Assembly (NCBI RefSeq): GCF_030028105.1 | Contig: NC_092381.1 | Span: forward strand, 28,561,550-28,625,549 | DNA length: 64,000 nt | Direction of reading: 5' to 3' | Source of the DNA: Mobula birostris | Lineage: Eukaryota | Part shown: positions 56,499 to 62,976 of the stretch, one piece after another | Layout: each line of letters begins with the position of its first letter | Position numbering within the stretch: position 1 is the first letter of the stretch | Program-made: the position numbers and the translations under genes | The notes under the pieces: generated by a model | Database searches by the model: none | The model's input: the letters and a program-made list of their open reading frames with translations, nothing else | Told to the model about the DNA's origin: nothing

Positions 56499-59006
56499 AA
56501 ACTAGTGATAATAAAATCACCTCGCTCGCGTGCTGCCTGTGTGGAGGTTGCATGTTCTCGCTGTGACTAAGCAGATTTCCTCGTGCTGCTGTATTTCCTT
56601 CCACATCCTAAAGGATTGCAGGATGCTCAGTGGTTGAATCTGGGAGACAAATGTAAATGGGATTAATGTGTGGTGGTCTGGTGGTTGACATGGACTTGCT
56701 AGGCTGAAGGACCTGTCTCTGTACAGTATGATTCTCATTTTTGGAAAGATGTCTTTACAACTTTATCAAAAGTTTTGAATTTGGACCTACAACGGAATTT
56801 ATTTACAGCAATTTTTGGGATCATTCCACCGGGAGCAGGATATGTTCCTGTTTCTGCTCAACGGATGATAGCTTTTATAACTTTATTGGCTAGGAGAGCC
56901 ATTTTGCTTAAATGGAAGGACTCTAATCCACCTACTGTTTTTTTTTTATTGGCTTTCCTCCATTATGTCCTGTCTAAGTTTAAGGAAAATTAGAAGTCGG
57001 ACATTTGATACATCCTTTAAATTTGAAGAAACCTGGCAACCTTTTATTCATTATTTTCATGTGGTTTGATTTATTGCTCTTCCAGTTACTTTCTCGAAAC
57101 TTTGGATTTGATCAGAAAGTTTTTCTTTTTTCTTGCTTCCACTCTCAATATGGGCTGCCCAGTTCCCTTTTTCTTTTTTTAATTTTTTTTTGTTTTTGTT
57201 TATAGAGAAATGTTGGGGTGGGGGTTATATATATAAAAATTATAAAAGTTTCTATTTTTTCTTATTATAAATGATAAGAGGACAATTGATTATCTTATTT
57301 TTTATTATATACTATTAGATTAATACTATATGATCTTGATAATGTTTATTTTACCTTTTATATGTATTGCTATCGCTACAGATATCTGAGATAATCCTCT
57401 TATTTGTATATATGTACTTTTTTAAATTAATAAAAAGATTGGTAAAGGAAGTATCATTCTCTCTAAAAAGACCATAGACATGGGAGCAGAATTAAGCCAT
57501 TCAGCCCATTGACTGTTCTACCATTGCATTATGGTTGATTTATTGTCCCCCTCAACCCCATGCTTGAGTCTTTTTCCCCATAACATTTGATGCCCTGACT
57601 AATTAAAACTCTATCAATCTCCGCTTTAAGTATACTCAGTGAGTTGGGCTCCAAAATCGTCCATGGCATTGACAATGAATGTACTGTATTTTTCTCTATT
57701 TTCTGTAATACCTTGCTTTTCCGAGAACTTACTCCTAATATCGCTAAACAGACTGTTTTCCATCTTTCCTGCTAAATTACATAGCAAATATTTTTTTCTC
57801 TCCTCCCTAGCTTTCAAATGTCATCACACACCTTCTGAGCTTCATCACACACAGAAAAAGCTTGTCCTCTTTGTCCCTGTAAACTGCTCCTTCTCTAACC
57901 ATTCTTTCATTGGCAATGTGTGTTATTGCATCCCAAATGTTTGGACATCTTCCCTACTCCTCAAAGCTTACACTCCTACATTTGGACTTCCACCCTTGCC
58001 ATAAGACTGAAAAGCTGCTTATCAAAGTCACCAATTATTAGTTGTTTTTTGTATTTGCACAGTTTGTCTTTAGTTCATTGGTTAGTTCTCAGTCTTGGTG
58101 TGTAGTTTTTCATTGATTCTATTGTATTTCTTTGTTCCACTGTGACTGCATGAAAGAAAGTGAATCTCACGATGGGTGTATTTTATCATATATATTAACA
58201 ATAAGTTTGCTTGGAACTTGAAATTGTGCCCACTTAGCTGTGAGCTCGGTATGCTGTAGCTCCTCGTCGTCCTCAAGCTATCGGCAGTCTCTAACACAGT
58301 TGATTGCACCAGCCTCTTCAATTACTTCATGCTTGTCCTGTTGAGGATGCTTCGCTTGCCCAATTCATTTTGCCCATTCAGTCAAAGCCAGCAAAATACA
58401 AGGAGTGGTTTTACTGATTATTTATTTATCTCTTTCTCATGAACAGTGTTCCATTGACAGGAGGCTCTTGTGTGTTTCTCCATCCATTCATGTTATCCTG
58501 TCATTGACAGCTGTACATTCATTCATCCACATAAGCCCCATCCTGTAATTTCCTCAATAAAACATTGTCATTCTATCACCCACTGCTCTTTAACTCCCCC
58601 CCCCCCCCTCCGGAATTACCTCTCTGATTAGATGTTTTATTCTGTCTCCTAATCTTTGGGATTCTTTTGACTTGGAGTTTGTTTTCCTGTGCACTGTTTG
58701 AGATGCATATTTCTATCAAAACCTTTATATAATAGCAATCTGGTGAATAGTTTCCTATGTTTTATTTTCTCTCGAGTGGAGATTCTCAATACCATGAAGC
58801 AAGGGGTCTGTGGACCCTAGGTTGGGAATCCCTGCTCTGGTGAGAAGAATCTGGTTTCTTAAAGTAACCTTTTCAAATGTATTTATTTTTCAGAGATGGA
58901 TCTGCTGTTGAAATTGTTGGCCTTTGCAAATCAACTGTTCGCTGGCTGATGACCCTTTCCAAAAATTCTTTGTTTCCTTACAATGGAGTCAAGGCTCAGC
59001 TGAACG
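269..59006 (+). CDS. AGL: Glycogen debranching enzyme (amylo-alpha-1,6-glucosidase/4-alpha-glucanotransferase), internal part: join(269..408,2891..3078,6395..6518,12671..12834,13730..13831,15862..16017,16146..16296,19529..19653,20677..20786,20906..21040,23160..23290,25236..25372,38128..38261,46409..46584,47150..47252,48483..48708,54644..54755,54871..55006,58894..59006); partial at both ends
   Basis: 19 AG/GT-bounded segments splice in frame (2663 nt). They translate collinearly with vertebrate AGL as I recall it ([113 protein letters not shown]). Confidence 0.98.
970..1188. repeat. Palindromic Penelope-derived repeat with a decayed minimal hammerhead ribozyme motif
   Basis: Arms ~1005..1078 and ~1113..1184 are reverse complements. 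Minus strand 1066..1103 reads cagtc-CTACTGA-agggtttcggtct-GAAAT-GTT-gactg. Confidence 0.7.
2530..2735 (+). mobile_element. tRNA-derived V-SINE (HE1-like)
   Basis: V-domain-like core ttgtatgttcttcccatgaccacgggggtttcc...ccagtttccc...caaagatgt...ggttaattgg; related copies at 7180, 14760, 19935, 21755, 56530. Confidence 0.7.
2891..3078 (+). CDS. AGL: AGL exon (188 nt) [21 protein letters not shown]...[14 protein letters not shown]; contains the transferase nucleophile Asp (gac 3043..3045)
   Basis: gtcatag|gttc acceptor, gag|gtacaa donor. Confidence 0.97.
3845..5203 (-). mobile_element. 5'-truncated Rex1/Babar-type LINE (RT C-half and 3' UTR, frameshifted)
   Basis: ORF 4661..5191 MKCFERLV...[16 protein letters not shown]...[18 protein letters not shown]; short tandem tail (gagtc/aagtc)n at 3845. 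Confidence 0.85.
6395..6518 (+). CDS. AGL: AGL exon (124 nt) [41 protein letters not shown]; acid/base Glu (gaa 6446..6448)
   Basis: polypyrimidine tract + gcag| acceptor, cgag|gtaagc donor. Confidence 0.97.
6635..7178 (-). mobile_element. Rex1/Babar-type LINE 3' fragment
   Basis: ORF 6923..7153 [30 protein letters not shown]..., then TPRFRNSF in a second frame. Confidence 0.75.
7180..7410 (+). mobile_element. V-SINE (HE1-like)
   Basis: B-box-like gggttcaattc; core tgtaaggagtctgaatgttctccccggtgacc...cacattccaaaga. Confidence 0.7.
7797..7925 (-). mobile_element. CR1 LINE 3' end fragment
   Basis: ccataagacatagg...ggccatctggcccatcaagtctgctccgccattcaatcatgg is the reverse complement of the CR1 tail at 27360..27437. 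Confidence 0.75.
8285..10148 (+). mobile_element. 5'-truncated HERO-clade (R2-group, restriction-like endonuclease) non-LTR retrotransposon
   Basis: ORF 8303..9505 has the RT FMDD motif, a CPLC-x7-H-x4-C knuckle and RWRHDQVL. Downstream lies LRPDMVL...LLELAVPWE (PD-(D/E)xK-type RLE). One stop (9503..9505) and a frameshift near 9750. Confidence 0.85.
10914..10979. repeat. Direct tandem duplication, 33 bp x2
   Basis: tagcaatacaatgttctgggttRtatattaaga twice, one mismatch. Confidence 0.9.
11155..12510 (+). mobile_element. Degenerate CR1 LINE (RT region to 3' end), interrupted at ~11317..11430 by a Penelope-derived repeat arm
   Basis: [29 protein letters not shown]; [11 protein letters not shown]; many stops and deletions. 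Confidence 0.8.
12671..12834 (+). CDS. AGL: AGL exon (164 nt) [20 protein letters not shown]...[13 protein letters not shown]
   Basis: aatag|aggc acceptor, cag|gtacag donor; THDNE motif. Confidence 0.97.
12883..13243 (+). mobile_element. RTE-related SINE / non-autonomous RTE derivative
   Basis: 3' end ggcaatgacaaaccacttctgta...ccaagaacaatcatgg resembles the RTE/BovB-type 3' tail; ends in (atg)n-like ataatgatgat. Confidence 0.55.
13730..13831 (+). CDS. AGL: AGL exon (102 nt) [34 protein letters not shown]
   Basis: tttacag|tgc acceptor, cag|gttagt donor. Confidence 0.96.
14758..15000 (+). mobile_element. V-SINE core fragment with a different 3' tail
   Basis: ctgtctgtaaggagtttgtacattctgcccatgaccacatgggtttcctctgg...cccacattccaaag. 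Confidence 0.6.
15862..16017 (+). CDS. AGL: AGL exon (156 nt) [15 protein letters not shown]...[12 protein letters not shown]
   Basis: aatag|ata acceptor, cag|gtgatg donor. Confidence 0.94.
16146..16296 (+). CDS. AGL: AGL exon (151 nt) [18 protein letters not shown]...SMCIPG
   Basis: tttaag|gtg acceptor, ccag|gtactg donor. Confidence 0.96.
17128..19333 (+). mobile_element. Young 5'-truncated CR1 LINE (ORF2 RT in several frameshifted pieces)
   Basis: ORFs 17127..17420, 17447..17947, 17898..18677, 18684..19247: [48 protein letters not shown]; tail ctattgtctattg. Confidence 0.93.
19529..19653 (+). CDS. AGL: AGL exon (125 nt) [41 protein letters not shown]
   Basis: ttgtag|gtaa acceptor, cag|gtaaag donor; not in the ORF track, translated by hand. 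Confidence 0.94.
19935..20195 (-). mobile_element. V-SINE (HE1-like)
   Basis: accaattaacc...gtctttggactgtgagaggaaactggagtacccggagaaaatcc is the reverse complement of the V-SINE core. Confidence 0.7.
20677..20786 (+). CDS. AGL: AGL exon (110 nt) [37 protein letters not shown]
   Basis: ttctag|tta acceptor, ccg|gtaagt donor; translated by hand. Confidence 0.93.
20906..21040 (+). CDS. AGL: AGL exon (135 nt) [29 protein letters not shown]...ARSFIS
   Basis: ttgcag|ggtg acceptor, atc|gtgagt donor. Confidence 0.93.
21287..22345 (-). mobile_element. CR1 LINE 3' portion with a nested V-SINE (~21755..22012, - strand)
   Basis: ORF 21401..21592 [24 protein letters not shown]; CR1 sequence resumes at ~22015. 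Confidence 0.8.
23160..23290 (+). CDS. AGL: AGL exon (131 nt) [44 protein letters not shown]
   Basis: caatag|aacc acceptor, caag|gtatgt donor; translated by hand. Confidence 0.95.
23676..24507 (+). mobile_element. Internally deleted Chapaev3 (CMC) DNA transposon
   Basis: TIRs cactggacagcaa / ttgttgtccagtg, flanks tta / ttt. Transposase C-terminal remnants [29 protein letters not shown]...EHGERFHQD....E..YQG.W...ML.DYCW. Confidence 0.8.
24930..25115. repeat. Older copy of the palindromic Penelope-derived repeat
   Basis: tgctgggggactcggtgggtcaggcaacatct ... atgctgctggacctgctgaattccttcaca; minus strand ctgattt-agggtccccgtcc-gaaac. Confidence 0.6.
25236..25372 (+). CDS. AGL: AGL exon (137 nt) [45 protein letters not shown]
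   Basis: actag|gatt acceptor, atg|gtgagc donor; NDLGHP motif. Confidence 0.96.
25528..25660. repeat. Compound (GT)n/(CT)n/(CG)n microsatellite
   Basis: Read directly from the sequence. Confidence 0.95.
25670..27437 (+). mobile_element. Degenerate 5'-truncated CR1 LINE
   Basis: KFADDTK in 26423..26689; ORF 26779..27243 VKKANAM.AFISRG.EY...[14 protein letters not shown]; tail cctatatcttatggtct. Confidence 0.88.
28005..28575 (-). mobile_element. Rex1-type 3' UTR fragment, split by an unidentified ~310-bp insert (~28070..28380)
   Basis: ggtttattattgtcacatgtac...aaaaacctttgttttgcatgccatcc and gtgcaaggccatg...agagtccatctt...aagctctcctggagtctggt resemble the other Rex1 3' ends in the window. Confidence 0.5.
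28577..28701 (+). pseudogene. Decayed duplicate (pseudo-exon) of AGL exon 38128..38261
   Basis: Aligns end to end with 38128..38261 and shares the downstream gtgagtattgt donor. It has a TGG>TAG stop, a 10-bp deletion, a 1-bp insertion and no polypyrimidine acceptor. Confidence 0.9.
30046..31166 (-). repeat. 3' LTR of the Gypsy element (contains assembly gap 30858..31113)
   Basis: Direct repeat of 35268..36191; bordered by PPT gaggaaggggag (minus strand, 31167..31178). Confidence 0.9.
30858..31113. other. Assembly gap (256 N)
   Basis: Run of n; falls where the other LTR has its microsatellite. Confidence 0.99.
31292..32452 (-). pseudogene. Gypsy RT/RNase H remnant
   Basis: [26 protein letters not shown] (YxDD mutated), [39 protein letters not shown]. 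Confidence 0.9.
32720..33589 (-). pseudogene. Gypsy integrase remnant
   Basis: H..V.KT..RI...FYWP....DV......CHTCQ; IVDCVGPL; IQFDQGSNF; [17 protein letters not shown]; split by a stop/frameshift. Confidence 0.88.
35245..35263 (-). other. Primer binding site, tRNA-Pro-like
   Basis: Minus strand tggggcctgcgtccgtgat, 4 nt inside the LTR, resembles the canonical Pro PBS TGGGGGCTCGTCCGGGAT. Confidence 0.7.
35268..36191 (-). repeat. 5' LTR of the Gypsy element, with an internal (TCTCTG)n/(TC)n microsatellite
   Basis: Direct repeat of 30046..31166; tg...ca termini. Confidence 0.9.
38128..38261 (+). CDS. AGL: AGL exon (134 nt) [44 protein letters not shown]
   Basis: polypyrimidine tract + ccag|gtt acceptor, tag|gtgagt donor; [12 protein letters not shown] motif. 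Confidence 0.96.
39200..44688 (+). mobile_element. Near full-length degenerate CR1 LINE (ORF1 SGNH-esterase, ORF2 APE+RT), interrupted at ~42255..44300
   Basis: VYVGTNDIG and [10 protein letters not shown] (ORF1); [15 protein letters not shown] (ORF2). The 3' part resumes at ~44302 and ends ttctatgactctat. Confidence 0.85.
42255..44300 (-). mobile_element. Internally deleted CR1 LINE (ORF1 N-terminus joined to RT and 3' end), nested antisense in another CR1
   Basis: ORF 43893..44150 [15 protein letters not shown]...LELELDEL (ORF1 Zn-finger/zipper); ORF 42394..42897 RT C-terminus; tail at 42255. Confidence 0.82.
45025..46197 (+). mobile_element. CR1 3' fragment split by a younger element
   Basis: CR1 C-terminal sequence stops at ~45208 and resumes at 45831 (atgaagggggatctcattgaaacc). 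Confidence 0.75.
45208..45830 (-). mobile_element. CpG-rich ~620-bp non-autonomous retroposon (LINE-derived or SINE, family unassigned)
   Basis: Sharp interruption of a CR1; GC/CpG-rich head gcgggaggagagagagcagcgcgccgcgcgtgcgcag; 3' aataaaagaggactgcgtgtcttcataatctaaa. Confidence 0.55.
46409..46584 (+). CDS. AGL: AGL exon (176 nt) [21 protein letters not shown]...[12 protein letters not shown]
   Basis: ctcttag|cttt acceptor, ctg|gtaagt donor. Confidence 0.97.
46813..46890. mobile_element. Tiny hAT-type MITE (78 bp); partial second copy at ~58790..58833
   Basis: TIRs caggagttccaacc / ggtagggaacccctg. Confidence 0.55.
47150..47252 (+). CDS. AGL: AGL exon (103 nt) [34 protein letters not shown]
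   Basis: attaag|ggctg acceptor, ag|gtaaga donor; WGRDTFI motif. Confidence 0.96.
48483..48708 (+). CDS. AGL: AGL exon (226 nt) [45 protein letters not shown]...LAPGSV
   Basis: tatag|gaat acceptor, gtg|gtaatt donor. Confidence 0.97.
48976..49380 (-). mobile_element. CR1 3' fragment
   Basis: Same family as 42255..42670. Confidence 0.8.
50756..51886 (+). mobile_element. 5'-truncated CR1 LINE
   Basis: [41 protein letters not shown]; tail ttctatgtttctat. Confidence 0.9.
52152..52915 (+). mobile_element. Degenerate CR1 RT fragment starting with a 36-bp tandem repeat (about 2.7 copies, 52152..52247)
   Basis: tttgtgcagggcaagttgtgtcttgctcagcatggt x2 plus a partial copy; this is the CR1 QHGF..G.SCLT coding segment. 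Confidence 0.75.
53220..53432. repeat. Palindromic Penelope-derived repeat with decayed hammerhead-like motifs
   Basis: Same arms as 970..1188; minus strand ccgatga-agggcattgacct-gaaac-atc-gactg. Confidence 0.7.
53540..53950 (+). mobile_element. Rex1-type 3' fragment
   Basis: Reverse-complement similarity to 6635..7060 (ctcagggttgtatgtggtgacatatgtgtactctgat...aaatttactttgaac). Confidence 0.65.
53976..54386 (-). mobile_element. Rex1/Babar-type 3' fragment; near-identical sibling at 55803..56233
   Basis: ORF 54122..54358 [25 protein letters not shown]...[13 protein letters not shown]. Confidence 0.8.
54644..54755 (+). CDS. AGL: AGL exon (112 nt) [37 protein letters not shown]
   Basis: attag|gag acceptor, gaag|gtaatt donor. 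Confidence 0.96.
54871..55006 (+). CDS. AGL: AGL exon (136 nt) [46 protein letters not shown]; glucosidase catalytic Asp motif
   Basis: ttctag|gttt acceptor, aag|gtaaaa donor. Confidence 0.97.
55803..56233 (-). mobile_element. Rex1/Babar-type 3' fragment nested in an older + strand Rex1 (~55400..56440)
   Basis: ORF 55940..56188; candidate 6-bp TSD tcatta (55797..55802 / 56234..56239); host ORF 55507..55689 VDFRK...[15 protein letters not shown]. Confidence 0.8.
56446..56490. repeat. (TG)n microsatellite
   Basis: Read directly from the sequence. Confidence 0.95.
56737..57450 (+). mobile_element. L1-clade LINE 3' end (ORF2 C-terminus and T-rich 3' UTR)
   Basis: [13 protein letters not shown]...AIFG...[19 protein letters not shown]...FEETWQPFI; aataaa near 57430. 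Confidence 0.78.
58894..59006 (+). CDS. AGL: AGL exon (113 nt) [38 protein letters not shown]
   Basis: ttttcag|agat acceptor, acg|gtgaga donor. Confidence 0.96.
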
Positions 59007-59707
59007 GTGAGAACACTAATTTTCTGACAATTATCTCGTAAATTGGACAGAACATTGTAAATGACATTTACAAAAGGATGAGGTGCATGAGCGACAAGAA
59101 ATACTCAGTAAATAAGAGAGTAAATATTGAGTTGGAATAGAGAAGGATAGAAATCTTAGAGTCCACAATGGTAATACACTGTCCTTCCTCCCCTCCACCC
59201 ACTCTATCTGCCCACCCCACCTCTTGTTTGGTTCCATGTTCTGCCTTCCTGTCTTCTCAGATTCCATCATCTGCAGTCCCTTGTTTTCTCCACCTTTGTC
59301 CTCCCAATCTCTGTCCTGATTTTCATTTGTCCTTCTTCTGTCTGTTTATCGTTACTCGCCTGGATCCACCTCTCTCTTTCAAGCTCTTCATCCATCTTCC
59401 CCTTCACCTCTTTGTACTGACTATCTCCCCTCCAATCGTAGTACAGAGGAAAGGCCTCGAACCAAAACATTCACTGTTCATTTCTCTGCACAGACAATGC
59501 CTGACAACTGAGTTGATTCAGCAGCTTTTGTTTTTAAACTCTATGGAAATCTTGAACCAATGTACACTGCAGGCCTATATTGATCAATTTTAGCTTTCTG
59601 TATGCGACCCAGAAATAATTGTTGTTCAATACCTCTGCAGTGTTCCTTCAAGTGACACCATGAAAAATTCTAGTATTCTATCCGCCCAAAAACTTTTTCC
59701 ACCAGTG

Positions 59708-60157
59708 TCCATAAGACATAGGAGCAGAAATAGGCCATTCAGCCCATCAGATTTACTCCAGCATGGCTGATTTATTATTCTTCTCAAGCCCATTCTACTG
59801 CCTCTTCCCATAAGCTTTGATCCTTTGACTAATCAAAAACTTATCAGTCTCCAATGTAAACATAATCAGTGTCTTGGCCTCCACGTGCATCCATGGCAAT
59901 GAAATAATGCAGATTCAGTACACTGTGGCTAAAGAAATCCCTCCTAAATCTCTGTTCTAAATGGACATCCCTCTATTCTGAGGCTGTGTCCTCTGGTCCT
60001 AGATTCACTCACTATAGGAAACATCCTCTCTACATCCACTTCATATAGGCCTTTCAATATTCGATATGTTTCAATAAGATTCCCCTTCATTCTTCCAAAT
60101 TCCAGCGAGTACAGACCCAGAGCCATCAAATGCTCCTCAAAAGTTAACATAATCCAG
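59708..60157 (-). mobile_element. CR1 3' fragment
   Basis: ORF 59944..60186 FEEHLMALGLYSLEF...[12 protein letters not shown]. Confidence 0.8.
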
Positions 60158-62067
60158 GACTTCCAATTGGAGCTGTTCTCTTGCATCTGCCTTGATCACA
60201 TTTGGAAATCTCTCTGCCAAAGTCAAAATCTGGTCTGGATTCACCTCATCTTGGCTCTCTGTATTGACCACTGACAGATTTTTCAAGATTTGGTCTCTCA
60301 TTGGGAACTTCTCCAAGGTTTTTTGAAAGCATCTGACATAGAATCCTCTGGCATCTTTGAAGGACTGCTTTGTCTTGTAAGGGGGGATCCCTTGTGCTTC
60401 CTCACTTAGCAACTGCCTCCTTGCCAGGTACCCAGTAAAAAGCTCTTCATCTGGGCGGTGAATTTCAGGGTTGCTCACATCTATCTCCTGAATGTTTTGT
60501 TCTGTCAATACCTTTAGCTCAGTAAATCTGCTTGCTATGTCATGCAGGAGCTCTTCTACACTCTGATCCAACTTGAAGAGGATAGGTGTCTTGTTTTGAA
60601 AAATCAAATTGAATTTATCAAAACATTGTGTGACATTATGGAGAAAGCATGTGTATATTTTCATTTGGGGGTCTTTCAGCCTCTTCTGAATATGAGATGA
60701 CTTCTGATTCTCACTCTTTGACTCAAAATATGAAATAAAGGCTGGCCATTGGTGGAGCAGATGGTCCAAACCTTTTCTTAAAGAAAGCCAGCATGTAGAA
60801 CAATGCTTTTGTACTCCCTGCTGGGCAACATTGCAGAACTCTTGAAACTGTTTTAGGTCTTCTCTTCATTTGGAACTTTTCTCAAAGTGGTAGTAGATGT
60901 CAATGAACAGTTCTTTAGGTGACATTGAGAGCTCCTTAGCAGCAGTTTTGGCACAAATGTTGACCAGGTGACTTGGACAGTCAACGCTGTAAATATGATG
61001 GGCCTGTGCTTTCACTTTTGATAAGACAGAGTTGTTTTTGCCAATCATCACATTGCAGTTGTCACTGCTAAACCCTACAAAATTAGACCATTCAAAGCCC
61101 TTGTCATGCATGGATAATGCAATGCAGTTGAACATGTTTTCAGCTTTGGCCTCATTGCACACTGGCATGTCTACAAATCCAACTGTTACCTAATCCTGTG
61201 TTTCATTCTAGTACCTGGCTAAAATGGCACATTCCTTCTCACACATGATATCGTTGCTTTTGTCAACCAAAATACTGTATGGCCTTTTATCTGTCTGGAT
61301 GAACGTACAGATCCTCTGAACACTCAGGTTCCAGTGCCATGTTCACAATTGCTGCTGTCTTGGTTGATGAGCAGGCATAGTTTTTTGCTATTTCTGTACT
61401 TATTATTATCAATAGACAATAGGTGCAGGTGTAGGCCATTCAGTCCTTCGAGCCAGCACCAGCATTCACCGTGATCATGACTAATCATCCACAATCAGTA
61501 CCCCATTCCTGCCTTCTCCCCATATCCCTTGACTCCGCTATCTTTATCATGGAGTCATTTTTTTAAATTCTATTACAACGTTAAGCAAGTCTACAGGGAG
61601 TTTGGCCTCATCACGTAGGATATCAATAGACTAGCTCCTTAGCAGCTAGCCAGCTAGTTTAAATAACGTTAGCTATGCTAATGAATGAATGACACCTGTT
61701 AAACTCACCTCAACGTGTCTTTTACAGTCATCTGGGCAATAGAAAAGTCTCTGTTGCAAACAGTGCAGCGAGCAACACTGTCATTATTTTTGACCTGTCT
61801 GGGGTGAAATACATTTTACATATTTTTTTGAAACACTCTGCCATGGCCGTGCAGGACACGAAACTGAACTGATGGAGAGACAGAGGTCAACTATAAAGCC
61901 CGCCCACAGAGAAAACTGATTGGTCTCTCTTTGTGCTCCCCCTCTCGCTCTCCCTCTCAAAAAAAAAAATTCAATTTCTGGGATATTGTATATAATTTGC
62001 AGGTGTCAGGGAGCTGCCATCAATATGCGGGAGACTCCCGGAACTTCCGGGAGAGGTGGGATGTCTG
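60158..62067 (-). mobile_element. hAT-superfamily DNA transposon, 5' part with decayed transposase; interrupted by a CR1 tail (61409..61545) and cut by the CR1 at 60157
   Basis: ORFs 60866..61168 (FSSDNCNVMIGKNNSV, CPSHLVN CxxH motif) and 60137..60769; terminus cagacatcccacctctcccggaagttccgggagtctcccg. Confidence 0.78.
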
Positions 62068-62614
62068 GGGAGGCAACATACCATCCTGCCGCCCACACCT
62101 TGTCCCTTTCCTCCCTTTGGTGGCTGACTTTTGGAATAGATGTAGGCTTTGTAAATCACGTAGACTTATTTCAGCACTATTTCAATTGGTAGCTGAACCC
62201 ATCCTGTATGCACATATATTAATGTGTGATATAAATTGACCAGAATTCAACTGCTGTATATGGCAGAATTTGAAATTTCAGTGCCATTGGCAGGTGGAAG
62301 CATAGCTCTCATTCCTACTTTCTCAAATTGGTGCCATATTAATTTTTCATTGCATCTTGAAAACGTTGAAATCATCCTATATGTTAGACAATTAGCCCGA
62401 GCCAGAGGGCCTGTACTATGCTGTACTGTTCTATGTTCGGTACAATCCGAGTTTGTGTTATTGCCCTTCATAAATTACCTGATAGAATTCTGGATACTAT
62501 TATAGTGAGTCTACTCTGGAATATCTTTTCATACTGTTAGCCATCCATGCCTATGATCTAGCTACAGCTTTGTATACCTTGCATTCTAGATATAAAGGCT
62601 AACACATACAAAAA

Positions 62615-62740
62615 CACACAGATGAAGGGTCTCGGCCCAAAATGTTATCTCTTTATTCCTCTTCATAGATACTGCCTGACCTGTTGAGTTCGTCCAGTGT
62701 TTTGTGTGTATTCTCTTGATTTCCAGCATCTGCAGAATCT
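62615..62740 (+). repeat. Single arm of the Penelope-derived repeat with a hammerhead-like remnant
   Basis: cagatga-agggtctcggccc-aaaatgtt...catagatactgcctgacctgttgagttcgtccag. Confidence 0.65.
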
Positions 62741-62976
62741 GCATATAAAGCCCAGCTTTCTATTAGTCTGTAGCTATTCGTGGTGTTAACAATGGATGAT
62801 ATTTCTGTTTCACCATTTATACTTTGGTATGTTTTCTACTGTATCCAAATTTAATGACTTGGATTTCAAAGCAGGCAAGTACATGTCCCTAAGTTTTATC
62901 CAATAACTTCATTTTAGTCTCTCTTTCCAGTATTGAAGTCATAGAGTTGTAAAGAATGGAATCAGACATTTTAGTC

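Noticed and set aside
409-58893. U12-type or non-canonical introns in AGL
   Set aside because: All 18 introns are GT-AG with ordinary U2-type donors; none has a GTATCCTT/ATATCCTT signature.
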